Below, piece after piece: positions 12,415 to 26,000 of a DNA stretch of 64,000 nucleotides (its first letter is position 1; each line of letters starts with the position of its first letter). The stretch is from assembly GCF_000315625.1 (NCBI RefSeq), contig NW_005434668.1:66852-130851 (forward strand). Reading direction: 5' to 3'. A program made the position numbers and the translations under genes. Under the pieces are notes generated by a model that did not search any database, had not been told where the DNA came from, and saw only the letters and a program-made list of their open reading frames with translations. The DNA comes from Guillardia theta CCMP2712. Lineage: Eukaryota; Protista; Cryptophyta.

Positions 12415-14863
12415 TCAGAGGGCTGCGAGCCCGACCACCTTGACCAATCCCTCGACGGATCCTGTCAGAATTGTGACGTTGCCTTGGTCCTAAAGGCGAT
12501 CATAAGTTTCTGTCCCATTGTTATGATGGCAAACGTTCTGCTACCTGACTCCAATCAACGCAAGAGATCGTAGATTGCTGCTCCCCAACCTGCTGAAGCC
12601 TCGAGTCCTGTAGGAGCGTTCAGAGGGATGGGGGAGGAAAGGAGGCGAAGGCAAGGGGGGAGGGAGGGAGGGGGGGAGAGAGGGAGGGAGGGAGAGAGGG
12701 AGGGAGCTACCAGTGGATCGATAAGATGCGCAGCTACATAATTTCCCGAGCATGCAATCACATGTCTTCCAATCGGGCTCAGAGCGACGTCCATAATTGC
12801 TTCTTCATCCCCGCTGATCATCCGTTGAGAGAAGAGCTCCTTGCCAGGAGAGTGTGCGCTCCATTCTTTGACCTGAGAACAAGCATCATGCTCCTCATCC
12901 ACACAGGAGGAGGCTGTTCGGCCCTACGTATCCATCTGCTCCAGCGGAGATGATGGTCGTTTCATCGTACCCAAACTTCACACAAGAAATCGCTGCATCA
13001 TGCGCTTTCCACTCCATGATGGTACTGAATTCAGATCAGGTTCAGACGTGCTCGCTGCGATTCAGCCAGTACCTAGCGGACCTCAGATCCTTGAGCTGGA
13101 TGAGATTGTTCGCAGAGACTGCAAGGAGTGATCCGTTGTGGTTGTGGTCGATGCCGCGGTAGTTGAACCCTTCCTTGGCATCGAGCACCTTTCATCCAAG
13201 AATCAGATGATACAAGTGAGGTCAAGGGAGCAGAGAACCTGGGTCTTCTTGCCGCCTCTCAGAGAAAAGACTTGTAGTTGAGACCACGTGCTCTGGCCAT
13301 GACTTCACAAGAACATCCAAATGTAGACCATCAGTGTAGAACCTGCTTGTTGGAGCAAACTGCAACTACGGAAGAACCGTCTGGATTTGGGCTGAGGTTG
13401 ATCATCTGATGATTCCATCTCTGTCTTTAGACAAAGACACAGCTGTGGCACACACGAATCTACCTGCGCATTCTGTTTGTCTGCTGAGGTCTCAAAAGCC
13501 ATGTTCTTGGTGTCAGCATCCCATGCTTTCAGTTCACCTGGACATCTCTGGTCAAACCTCATGACCAGTCAGTGCATGTCCGAAAACCTTTCGCTGTGCC
13601 CATAAGGAGCAGCCTGTCGTAACGTTTTTCCCAAGATAAGGTCAGCGCCGGGGAGCTCAGGAAAATGGTTGCTGATCGCTCCATCTGCGCTGGTTCAGGC
13701 AACTTTTCATGGGCACATACGAAACCTGTGCTGCTCTTGCATTTGGAAGGACCTGAGGAATATGAGAGGAGATTTCATATCATCTCCGACTGTGATACCT
13801 GTATCCTGACAGACAGGTCTTGCGAAGACGATGCAAAGTTCCCACCGTCTCCAGAGAATCTACAACAAAGGACGCTGCTGCTGTGTCCCGGGAACACTCT
13901 GTAGACAGATTGTCACATACCACACCTTAGCTTTGCTTCTCACCTCTCATTTACAACATCGTACAGCGATCGCATACTGTCACCGGCACCTCGATCAGAA
14001 CCTTGAGCATCGGGGTCGTTTGACGCTAGCGTCTTATAGTCCTGCTCGTCCGGACGACCCTGTGACTCCATACTCTCTTTCAGGCTCGAGGCAAAGGCCG
14101 TAGACAGGTCCAACAAGTCAAGCTTCTCCTGCTCCTCCAGACGCGCTGCAGTTGGGAGAGGAGTTTGTTCGACGCTATCCGAGGGGTTCAGAGTCGAAGA
14201 AGGGTTCGAACGGCTGCTGACCAGCTCGTCCTTAAGCGCCTGGTTCTGTCTGGTCAGATCTTTTACTTGCTTCTCGAGTTTGTCTATCTTGGTCAAGTTC
14301 AAGTAGCATTGAAGGATTGCTGGGACTGCCACCTCATGGAAAACAGTCGCCAACAAGTTATGCACACTGACAACTAACTGAGATGCCCATTCCTTGGTGA
14401 AATAGACCTGGAAGGCAGCATCCGAAGCCGGATCCTTCACGTAAGGGAGTTGAAACCATATCTCCCAATCCTTGACCGAACGAAAACTTTCGGCTTCAGT
14501 CTCGAGCACCTCTTTGACTTTATCCATCCGATCCGACTGGCAGGCGTTGACTAGGTAGAAACGTTGCAGCGAGCACTCGAGGTGTTTCATAACAGCCCAG
14601 AACTTGCTGCTCATGCGAGTGAAGAATCGTTCTTGAAGGAAGAACCACAGATCCATCATCGCCTGGTACTGGAACGACGTCAAGAGGCGGAGAAGCTCCT
14701 CGACTATCTTCTCAACTTGGAATTCGTGCAGTCTGTCGTTCTTTGTTTCTTGCAGGAACGACCTATGAGCTTGTATGAAGCCTCTGAACAAGAGATACTC
14801 TTCCACCACTCGGTCCGCCCATGACAGCAATGTCTGCATCCTCAAGCTTGCGTCTTGAGACAT
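12415..14863 (-). CDS. WDR91: WD repeat-containing protein 91 homolog
   Basis: N-terminus ADRVVEEYLLFRGF...FQVEKIVEEL...SLQRFYLV...WFQLPYVKDP..F..YFTKEW...SVHNLL matches the WDR91 N-domain. Downstream exons carry WD40 repeats ending ISCVDWSQ-...ILTGSVEGLVKVV. Confidence 0.85.
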
Positions 14864-16378
14864 CGCCAGGATGATTGAGGAAAGAGAGTTTTCTTTGCAA
14901 AGGATACTTTGCTGTCGTGACTTACGACTGAAGCTCTGAATGCAATCTCATGAATCTGATCTTGTCCGAGATGTCTTCGTGTCACCTGCTGTTCGTTTCT
15001 TTCTCTTGCTCCTCACTGACTGCACGATACTGTTCCTTCCCTCTCGTTCAAGCTTCGCACCGCAGCATGTTCCGATTCTTGTCGTGGGATTCGAACTCAC
15101 GGTGTTCGCATTCTTCACTAGTTGACAGAACTCTTACATCGTCCGATCCTTTCCTCTACCAAACGGCGGGACATCTGGTTCCCCTTCCCAGGTAACTTCG
15201 AAGAATGTGCAAGGATACCCAAAGTTTACTATTATCTCAATTATAGAATTGGTCTTCTATACCCCATATCCTTCCGGCTTCCTTGTAGGACTCCTTAGGG
15301 TCTGCCGCGTCGCGCCTGAAGGAGAACGAATTACCTGAACCCCACCCCATGAGGGGGACTCTCTTTCTTACTACCCTTCTCGGACGGTTTCACCCCCCCT
15401 CTTGTAGTTCAAAACAGGGGGTAATGGGTTATTTGGATACCCTACCCCCTGGGACTATACGCTTGAATTGGACCCTCTACCCCTGTTCTTCCAAGTTTGA
15501 ACCCACCCCTTCCACATCCCTTCCTCCCCCCGCCGCCTTCCCGCCCCCTCTCATATGTTGCTTCCAGCTCCAGATATCTGATCGCGCATATCCTCCTCCT
15601 CTCTCGCTCCCTAGGATTCTTCTGCTCCATCTCCATCTCCTCCTCCTCCTCCTCCTCCTCTTGCTATGCAGTCTCATGTGCTTCCGCGGCTATGGGCCAT
15701 GCTCCTCTATTTTAGTTTTTATGCCCTTGCTGACTTCGCCTACTCCTTCTCTTGCTTCCCATCCTCGTTTGTCTCCTCCTTTTGCTGCGTGTATGATATA
15801 TTTGACCTCACTCGTTCTTTCATGCTCTATCCTTTACGGCTAAACGCGCAAGTGGATTTCTTCAAACTCCCTGTGTGCACTTGCTTCGCGTGTAACTGCC
15901 CTTCCCATCAGCGTTGCGAACCACTGTGCCTTTGACTGCAGTTTACACCTTGTTTGTAATGCTGCAGAATGATTGCCTGAATTCTTGAGGACAAAGATTC
16001 GTTTCCTGATTATTGGCTGTTTTTAATATCAGAATTGCCGATGCATGGGATATGTAGGAACAGCAACGACGTGAACGTGCATTAGAATCGGTGCCGTTTC
16101 CCCCGAATTGCACGTTCATATTTGCATATCACGATTGAATCTCACGCTTAGGTACTGACATGATCTGATTGTTTTTCGCCTTACTTGTGGCCAGTCCATT
16201 CAATTCGTCAACATGTCGAGAAATCGTCCAATGCAAAATTTTGTCCAAGCAGGTAGACTTTGGCGTGATTGCGAAAAGGCTTCCCTCTCTTTTGTCTTCA
16301 GTCCTAGTGTTCTGGGCCGTGATCAAAAACCATCCTGATCAAGTTGTCGCAGTCAACCAGCCTAAGGACTTCTCGGAT

Positions 16379-19300
16379 ATGATTCGACAACAGCTGGAGT
16401 CTGCTAGAATAGCGATTCCAGCAGGAAGGGAAATTTTGAACAGCAAGCTAGGGTAATGATCAATTTGTCTGAAACTTGGAATCGTTCTCAACTTATCCTC
16501 CTGTTCCAGGTATCCGGACTTTGAAATAGCAACCGGAAATTCAGAAGAAGATCAGCTTACGGATAAACGTCTGCGAGAAGGATACTGCGATCCAGCTGCA
16601 GGACTCTATGCTGTTGGGACCTCCACTACTCCTTTGTCCGAAAGAAACGACGAACATGGCAGTATGGAAGAGAAGTTTGGAAGACACGACTTTGAAACAT
16701 TGCGTGAGTTTTCATCCACAGCATGCCTTGAGTTCTTCTCGCTGTCAATCATCTAAAGAAGTACTCAGCGAATTCTGACATCTACTAATAACAGGTGAAA
16801 AGCTGAAGCTTCCAAAGCGAGAGTCCAACAAAAGACCTCGCCGTGTGCGGCATAAATGTTCCTTGTTTCCGGAGCCGGAACACTTGGGAGAAAACACACT
16901 GATGAATTGGTTGAAAAGCCTTGCAGCCTGTGAAGAACCTCTCAAAGACTTAGCTAAACAGGTGAATTTGAATCACCGTGGTCATATTTTCCTTGGTATT
17001 GATACTTTGACAGGTACCGTACGTGAGCGGAAACAGCAGTTACAACCCTCGTGCGAAGGAGCTTTTGAATCGAATGACAGAGCTTCAAGTTCCTCTCCTG
17101 CGAGCAGTCTGGTTTGTGAAAGTGACGCTCCTGAAGCAATACATGGACGCCACTTCGCAAGTGCCAACCGAACAAGTAGACAGAAATATGGAGAGAAAAT
17201 TGACTGATGCGTGGACTGAAACTATGACCTCATACATGCATGATCACTTCTTAAAGTTTGCAAAGAGTCGCGGTGAATGCGAAACTGGGATCCAGGTACG
17301 ACATCAGACACCAAAAGAGTGGGCGTTAATCTGTCCTCTCAGGTTGAGAGCTTGGTTAAGAAGTGGGCATATGTTGTTCGTTTTGCTGACTGGTAAGGAT
17401 CACAAGACTTGTATCGCCGATGAATTGTGAATTTACATTACGTGCAGGTGCTACCATGAAGGCATACTCAACCGAATCATTTACATGAAATGGGTTATTG
17501 ATGAGTTTCAAAAGTCTGTGAAAGATCCTTTGACTGAAACTTCATGGAGCGCTGAATTGATGCTACCTCTCATTGTAAATATTTTCCCCGAATTGTGCCG
17601 CCTAAGGACAGAAATACCAGAGTTGATCCGGGTCTGCGTGAATCGTTACATGCGGGAGTGTGTATTCCTTCCAGGAACTCCAGGATTTGCTGTGGCATAC
17701 CAGCAGGCTCAACAGGCTCAGCAACAGCAGCCAACACCTCAGGGGTCGCAAAATCAGCAGCCTCAGACTACTCCGCAAACGGCCCAGCAGCTTCCACCAT
17801 CACAGCCCCCGCAGCAGATGTATGGTGCTCCCATGCAAACTGGTTTGCCAGGACCAAGAGGTCAGAATTTGCAGCAGCTGCCTCAGCAATCGATGAATCA
17901 GCCTCAAAATCTCAACCCCTCTCTCTTGCCTGGAGCTGCTGCGGCTGCGGCTGCTGCTGCTAATGCGGCCTCCACCTATGGCATTCTGATGGGGGGGAAT
18001 CCAAGCAACCTATTATCTGCAACAGAGTCGACTGCAAAGCTTTTGCTCAACTTGAAAAAGCTGGTGAAATCGCTACTTCTGATGAGCCCGGAAGCATTCA
18101 TATCCTTGCATCCTGAAATTCAGACCGCGTGGAGGTTGATAGAATCAGATGCTATCAAGTTCCCCAGATCTGATGGCAACCTGTTCGATTTCAATGGATT
18201 AAAGTTGGCCTTGAGAAAGGATCCCTTCACATCAGTAAGCTTTGTTTTCTTTGCAAGAAAGATTTCTAATGTTTTTTCAACTAGACCCCAACCTCATGGT
18301 TAAGTGTTGCGATGCCTTGGGTCGAGCATGAAAGAAAGATGAAGAGCCTGTGGGATGACTTGGGTCCTGGGAAGGTCCTTGGAGATCTCATCGATTCTCT
18401 CGACAAATGCTGTGCCGGGCGATCAGCTTGTGACATGACGAGACTGCGCGAAACATGGATTAAACCAGCAATGAACAGTACGTGGCAAGTTGTCTTTGAA
18501 GAGCACCGGAAAGCTAGAACGTTTGTCAAAATTGTTTGCGGATGGGCTGTCTCAAGGTATCGAGAGCATGTTCCTGAGGCTGTATATGTTGCAGCAAGCT
18601 TTCTGAAAGGCCTAGACCAAAACTTGTCAGAATTTTTCAAAATCGACATCAAGGATAATGATTCTCAGAGTGGTACTCAAAGCAACAGTCCAGATGGTCA
18701 GAACGAGTCAGCATCATCACCGATGCAGATGGATACAACAGATGAGAACGAATATTCCTTGCATGCCTACATTGAGGAATTCCTGGAAAGCTTCGAGCCT
18801 GAATCTGGGTATGAAGAGCCGGAAATGGATACTCTGGAGCGTTTGATTGGAGAGTTGATTCGAAACCGAGTATTTGATCACAACATGTGGATTTTCGGGT
18901 TGATTGCAAGAGGGGCTTTCCAGAAAAACAACTCTAGTAGTCCTGAGAACAAGTTTCGAAAGCATCACAGATTGCTTGCGAACATTCCCTCATATCCCGA
19001 AGCAAGGCATGATTCATGTCAACGACGGATCTTGTTGAGAAGCATCGGTGTGATGGACATGGGTCCATGCTCTTTGTTCTACGCCCTGAAGATTGTCAGG
19101 TATCGCGACGACGCGATAGTATGTATTACGTCGTGCGATGACTTTCTTGTGTACAGGTTCTTATCATGGTCAGCTTCTGACCTAGACCAGAAGAGATTGA
19201 AAACAACGCCGGGAACGGAGATCCTGGAATCATTCACGAACGCTGCAGCTGAGTTGAAAGCGGTATTCGCAAATGGGTTTTGCAATATCATCTGTTTTGA

Positions 19301-22300
19301 CAGCTCTTGCAGATCGGTCGTTTTGACCCTTCAAGGATCAACGCAATCGAATGGGAAGAGTCAGTGAATTTTGTCTGGCTGCAGCACGAACGACATCATG
19401 ATTACTCTGACGCATTTACTGATGGGGTACAAAAGAACTCGTTTTTACGTTGCATTTCCTTACATCTGATTAACAGATATTGTCATCCCGTGGTCTTTCC
19501 ATACTGTTTTCATCTCTCTACAAGATCATGCTGGAAGTTCCTCTCTATGTCAGAGTTCAATTGTGCAGGCACATCGCGTCTGTCATTCAGTACATCGCCG
19601 ACAGGACACGAAGTGTGGAGTTTGAGCTCATCGAGCCCAGCGACATTCCAGAGGATCTCAAGTTGACAGATGAAGTACTTTATCGAGCGATCACCTTGTT
19701 GGAGTGTGCGGGAGATCTGAAATGCCTGATTGCTCTCCTCGAATGGCTGATTGAAAACTTCCCTTCAGCCCTTGCAGCGATGACAATGTTCAGTCACCTC
19801 CGGACGATCAGAGCACTGGACATCGCCTCTAGAGTCTTTGATCTGTCGTTGACTGCCTTGCTGAAGACCGAGGCCTCAAATAAACAGAATGCTGCGATGG
19901 GCATCTCTGAACTGCTTTCTGCAATGATCCGACATGGCAGTGAGTCAGACCTCAAGAGCTTCGAAGAGAAGATGACTGCTAAAACGACCGGCTTAAAATC
20001 GCCTCTGGGACCGAAGGCAAGTGCTGTCAGCCAGCTACTGCAAGACGCACTAGAAAACAAACCAACCAAACGTCCTGACGTACACGCAAACGTCGATGAT
20101 GTTGAACTCAAAGTGAGGAAATCTTGGTTTCGAATTATTTTGTTTGACCTGCTTCTCTCTAGGAGTCTATCAAGGCCGCAGAACAGCGACCGGAACTTTC
20201 TGACCTTGTTGGCAGAATATTTTCTGGAGGGCATACGATTCAGGAGGTCGCGGAGCAGATCAAAAAGCATGTTGCAGAAGCGAACATCAGTCACAGTGTT
20301 CTCGTAGCAGCTATCCTAAGGTGTGCTGTGAACGGCACTTTGAAAGAGATTCGGAGCAACTACAGGTGGGTTTTCTCGACGCTCTGAGATTGTGAGACAC
20401 TGACATCATAGCCAAAAGATTCGGTTGCACCGGGTTTGCTCTTTCTTCCATGCTAAGCCTTCTCGCTGCACTGGAACATCACTATGGGAAAATGCACTTG
20501 GCGCGTATTGCGTTGAACATCGTGATGGACCGGATGTATGAGACTGCGGTTGTCCCAGCAGCTTCAGAGGATACTTCTCCGTCCACTGTTGACACTCCAC
20601 AACCGCAGACGCCTCTAACTCCTGCCACTCCTGACAGTCTACCAAACCCTAAATCTAGGGTAGGAGATGACGCCGATCTGACACTGAGACAAGATGCTAC
20701 CTTGGCATTTGTAGGAGGCCTACTCGCCAAAGGTCTTCTGATATGGGAGGATATTGAGAAGCAGGTCAAAGCCAAGCTTGAAGATGTTGTCAATGGCAAA
20801 CACCCTCACTTAGCCAGACTACTCCTCAACTTCGTGGAGATGTTACTTACTGACAAACGGAAAGGGGCAGCGGCTATGATGATCCGGATAGACTGGCAGA
20901 AATTGCGAGTTTTGAGGCAGACGCAGCCGACTTTATCGGACGTATACATCATGTTAAAGTATCTTGTACAAATTATAGATCAAAGAGACTGGAAGCAACC
21001 TGCTCTCACCTGCATGCAGCAGGTAATTCGTGGAGGTTGTTTGAACTCGCTGATACTTGACAGGTCGTTCATGACCCTGGCTTCTGTCGGATCATCTTAT
21101 GTGATGATCCGCGCTCTTTCCTCAAGGACTGCTGCAAAGCTTGTATGTTAACACTCAGGACAGCACCAGACGTCATCTCTCCATTCCGCTACTTCACTTT
21201 CCTTCCGGGCAACGGAAGCAGAGATGGACCTCTTGCTGCTGTTCAAGATGTCATTGCGCGTGTTGGCCGTTGGTCGCTCCATTACGATTGCATAGAGTTG
21301 AGGATCTTGGTCGACGCATGGAAAGGAGGACTTGCCGACCTCACCGAGAACATGCCTGAGCCGAACGGATGGAAAGCTATGGCGTCTCATCCTGCAGTGG
21401 ACCAGGATAAGGTGAACAACTTCCAGTCACAGCTGTCTGACGACAAGTTGAACGAGCTGAACGAGGCGTTCTTGCGGAATCAAGATCAGATCATCGAGCA
21501 TCATGTGGTTGAAATGCTGCTGGCTCAGCTCTGGAGGTCTCCTCGGAATGTATCTCGTGTCCTGGACTTTGCCAAGGCTATGGGACAGTCTTTCCAGGAC
21601 CGAGAGCTCATGGGAAGCGGGGGCTGGTTCGAGGAGAAGATGGTGAGTATCGTACTCGCCGTCATGTCGTGCGAACCGATCGCCAAGGCGAACATGGGTA
21701 TCGATAGCTTCTTCAGGGACTTCATCCACCCGAGCTCCTTGAACGCTGACAGAGGGAGTAAGATTGTGGATGACAACGAGCATACTGCCTCGTTCGAGCT
21801 GGCGCTGGTTCACGTCATCGAGAGGTACGGCATCCTGCTGCCCAACATCCAGCAAGATCGGGACGGAGCTTCGGTGCAGCTGTTGAGCCTGAGGAAAGAT
21901 TGTATCTCCAAACTGATCTCCTTGATAAACACTCTGGTGGACCAGGCGAACTCTGGTGAATTCCGCAACGATTATCCACTGGAGGCTCAGGGTGCTGAAA
22001 GTGCCTCGTCATCCCAGCCCAACGTGGGGTCTTTGCAGCGAGCGTTGATTTTGAGGCTTCAGATGTTGAGTGCCAGCCTGGTGTACCTTCCAGACGAGGA
22101 CCCGCAGAACAAGTCGCGAGAGACTCTCAAGTCCGTTATCGACTGCATCAAGTTCGTCTTCTCCTGCAAGACTCTCCTCGGATATGAGCTGGGCGATGGC
22201 GTCTATCGCACTGCCATGCTCATCCTCGACAGGGCGGGCTCAGGCAGGGACTCGCTTCTCACTCAGCGCGACAGCCGCGGCGTCGTCAAGACCATGGGCC

Positions 22301-22960
22301 AGTGGTTCCGCAGCGAGGCGCAGAAGGAGCTCTTGAGGATGAAGTTCCCCCGGCTCGTTGCTTCCAATCTCAGCCTGGAGCTGCCGGTAGGAGGCGTCAG
22401 CCTGACCAACGGAGGGTTCGTCAGGCAGGCTCCTCACGATTGGAACTACGCGGAAGAGACGGGAGTCTTTGGCACGGGCCTCTGCTCCTTCGACCAACTC
22501 TTCGAGCTGGACCCCTGGCTCCTCCTGGAAGACTTCCCTCAGGGGGTCCTTTCCCGCCACCTCCAGCAAGTCAAGCGCCGGCCCCGCAAGAGGCTAAGGT
22601 TCGAGTTCGCCAGCCCCGAGCAGATCGCAGCCGAGAAGGCGCTGGCAGAGAAGGCGGCGCAAGGTGAACCCCCCCCCCCCCCCCCCCCACCCCCCCCCCT
22701 CCTCTTCTTGTTCGTTTCTCCTCAGCCCCCCCCTTCTTCGTTGCTTGTATCTCCTCACTTTTATCTCCTCACTTCCTCTCGCAGAGAAAGAAATGGCGGC
22801 GGCGGCAGCTGAAGAAGTTGTCGAAGAAGTTGGTTTTGACGTCGGTTTCGTCGAGCCGGGGACGAGCATGTTGAGCGGGCCGAGCAACGACTGGCCGGGA
22901 GGATGGGGAGGAGGAGGGGCGGTGACAGACAGCATCTTTACAGACTTGGATCTTGTCTAG
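16379..22960 (+). CDS. MED12: Mediator subunit 12 (kinase module)
   Basis: YPDF...EEDQLTDKRLREGY, WLKSLA..EPLKDLAKQV, ELLNRMTELQVPLLRAVWFVK (Med12 domain), LIGELIRNRVFDH, Gln-rich tract, C-terminal ELDPWLLLED. Confidence 0.82.
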
Positions 22961-23017
22961 AGGAAGGAGGGCCCAACGATTGTTTGTATTTGATTCTAAT
23001 TCAATGAAGACAGCCTG

Positions 23018-26000
23018 TCAAACTCTCACTCCCCTCCTACTCGCCCCCCACCTCCTTGCCCGCTTCTTCCTCAGCCGATGCAGCAGCCCCCGAGCGTCCT
23101 GCAGCTCCTGCCTGTACTTCTCCGACGTCGCCATGCTCACCCCGCAAGCCTCGCAGGCCTCGAGCGCTGCCGTCACAGCGGCTTCTGCCCTCGTGACTGT
23201 CGCCTCTGCCTCCTCCATCATCATCTTCTTGACCCTGGCAGGCTGCCTGGCAGCTCTCTCGGCCTCCAGCTCGGCAGAGAGAGCTGCTGAGACAGCCTGC
23301 TGGAGGAGGAGGAGGTTCGCGTGGTACAGAGCCTCCCTCTCCTCCATCCTGATGCTCCTCACCCTTGTGTTGTGGTTCCACCCGTCGGACTTCACCAGCT
23401 GCGTCGTCACTGTCCTCGTGCTCCATCCCACCTTGTTCCTGCAGCGCATCGAGAGCTCCAGCAGCTGATCGTCGCGCCTGCAGGGCAGCCGGTGGGAGCA
23501 AGTCACCTCGCAAGGCAGCACGATCTTGAGATCCCTTCCGGAGGCGAAGACGCCGGAGACTTCCCAGAGCTCGATCTCGCTCCCCCCGTCGTGGTCCGGG
23601 TAGCTCCACTTGAACTGAGCTGTGTTGTCGTCGAGCCTCTCCACAGTGAAAGAGGAGGGAGGGGACGGGAGGGACGGGAGGGTCCTTGCTGAGCACGCAG
23701 GGGAGTAAGGTCCCGCACCGACCTCACTGACGCATCGAATCTTGATCTCTCCCACGAGCTGCGCGGGCTGCAGGTTGCCGATCATGTACCCCTCCCTGTA
23801 TGCCTCTACCCTGACCCCCACTTCCTCCTCCTCTATCCGGTACGAGAGCTCGTAGTGCAAGACCTCAGCTGCTCCCTTCCTCCACTCCACCAGCACGGCA
23901 GAGCACAACACGCCCTGGGCGGTGACGTCAGCGGGAGGAGGAGGAACAAGCGCGTCCGTGTGCAGGAGCAGCTCGGGGGTCGGGGAGCCGAGGGAGCTGC
24001 TGGAGTTGTACTCGTCTCCTGCTCCGTTCTTAGCGTAGAGGGTGAGGCGGATGGAGGAGCCTGGGGCAAGGCCCTGGACCTTGTGGACGAGAGGAACGTC
24101 ATGGGGAACGAGGTCGGAGACAGCCGTGTGCATCTTGCAGGGCCTCGCGGACTTGAGCCTTGACTTGTCGTTGTCCGTCTTAGGGGAGGAGGAGGTGGCC
24201 CAGCCTGCCTCGTCGACGAGGAGCCCGAAGATGTAAGCGAGGCTCAAGCACATCCTGAAGCGAAACTGGCGGACGAAGGAGAAGAGGAGGAAGCCCTCGA
24301 CGTCCGCGTACACGACCCACCGCTCGTCCTTCTCCGCTGGCACCAAATCCTGCAGTGCTCGCTCTGTCCTCTGCGCGAGCTGAGAAGGCTGACAGTAGAA
24401 GGGAGGGATGAAGATGCTTCGCTCCCACGACCAGACCTGCCCGACCTTCTCCTGCACGAGGATGACGTTGTTGTCGCTCCTGATCACCGGATACTGCATC
24501 GACGCTCGTTGCTGCACGAGCCTCGGGACTTGAGCATAGAACCAGCTCGCCTCGCTGAACCCTTCCCTCCCCCACCAGTCCTTCCGATCCTCCTCGCTGC
24601 TTGCTGCCGCATCCTCCTCAGACGCGCTTGAAATCTGCTCCTCCTCCTTCCTCCCTGGTCTTCGTGCTGAGGAGGAGGGGCGACGCGTGTAGCCCATGGT
24701 CTGCATCTCACGGAGGAGATCTTGAGTGGACACGTCTTCCGTCCGCGTCTCCTCGCGCTCCCCTCGCCTGATTCTCATCTCGATCCGGTATCCGATCACC
24801 CCGAACGGACTGTTGGACGTCACCGGCGGCATCCACGCGAGGATCGCAAAGTCTTTCCCGGCAGAGACGCACTCGAGGAGGAGGGGGGGGGTGGAAGGGA
24901 AGGCCTTGGTTCGCACTGACATGGGCTTGCTCCACACGCTCCACCCGGCCTCGTTCCTCCCGCGGATGCGCGCGTTCAGCTGCATGGAGGGGAGGAGGAT
25001 GTCGGGGATGGACATGAGGCTCGTCGCGTCTGCCACCTGCTTCCCGCGCGTCGCCGTGAGCACCAGGCGGCTGGTGCAGAAGAAGCTCTCCTTCCACGTC
25101 ACCTTCCCTCGGAAGAGGCGGCCGAACCGAAGGTCCTTGTACTCGAGCTCGTAGGCGCTCACCGTCGACCCCAGGTCCCTCGAGGGAGTCCAGCTGAAGG
25201 TCACGAAGAAACTCTCCACGTCGAGCGTGTGGAGGTCTTGAGGGGCGAGAGGAGGAGCAGCGGCGGTTGAGAACTTGACGGGGAGGCTGAGAGGGCTGGC
25301 GATCCCATGCTCGCTCATGGACTGCATGCAGAACTGATAGTGGGTCAGAGGCGTGAGATGCTCCAGGAAGAGGCTTCCTCCTGCCTGCGTCGCTCCCAGG
25401 GAGGAGTCAGCGCCATGCTCGTCCGAGACGTCGATGGTGATGGTGCGTCTTTCCCCTGGGGTGGAGCCGGTGCGGGAGGAGTCAACGGGCTGGAGGAGGG
25501 AGGTCTCGAGGAAGAGGATGAACGACTGAAGCCTCTCCTCCCTCGCATGCGGCTGCTTCCATCCTATCACGCAGCTCGTTGTGCTGATCGTCGACGGCTT
25601 CACGTGCAGGTCGGTGGGAGCCTTGGGGACGAGCTTGAGGGGCTTCTGCGGAGAGGCAAGTCGCTGCTTGACGCTCTCATGCGCCTCGTGGTGGAAGGAG
25701 ACGACGTTCATGAGGCAGAGGAGCCAGTCGACCTGAACCTCCTCCAGCCGCTGGTAGTCGCCCGGATACTTCAGGTGGTGATCGTTCTCTGCCGCTGCTC
25801 GAATTTTGTCGCGCATGGAGGAGAAATCCATGGGCCACACGACGAGCTTGGAGAAGGAGTCGACAGTGGAGCTGGAGGAGAGGTCTCCCCCGTGAAGATG
25901 CACGTCAGATCGCGGGTCCTCCATCGGGTGCTGCATGTGGCACTCGATGTCCTTGGAGGCCAGGAAGTGAAGCATCTCCTGGATCTTCTCGTGCGAGCGA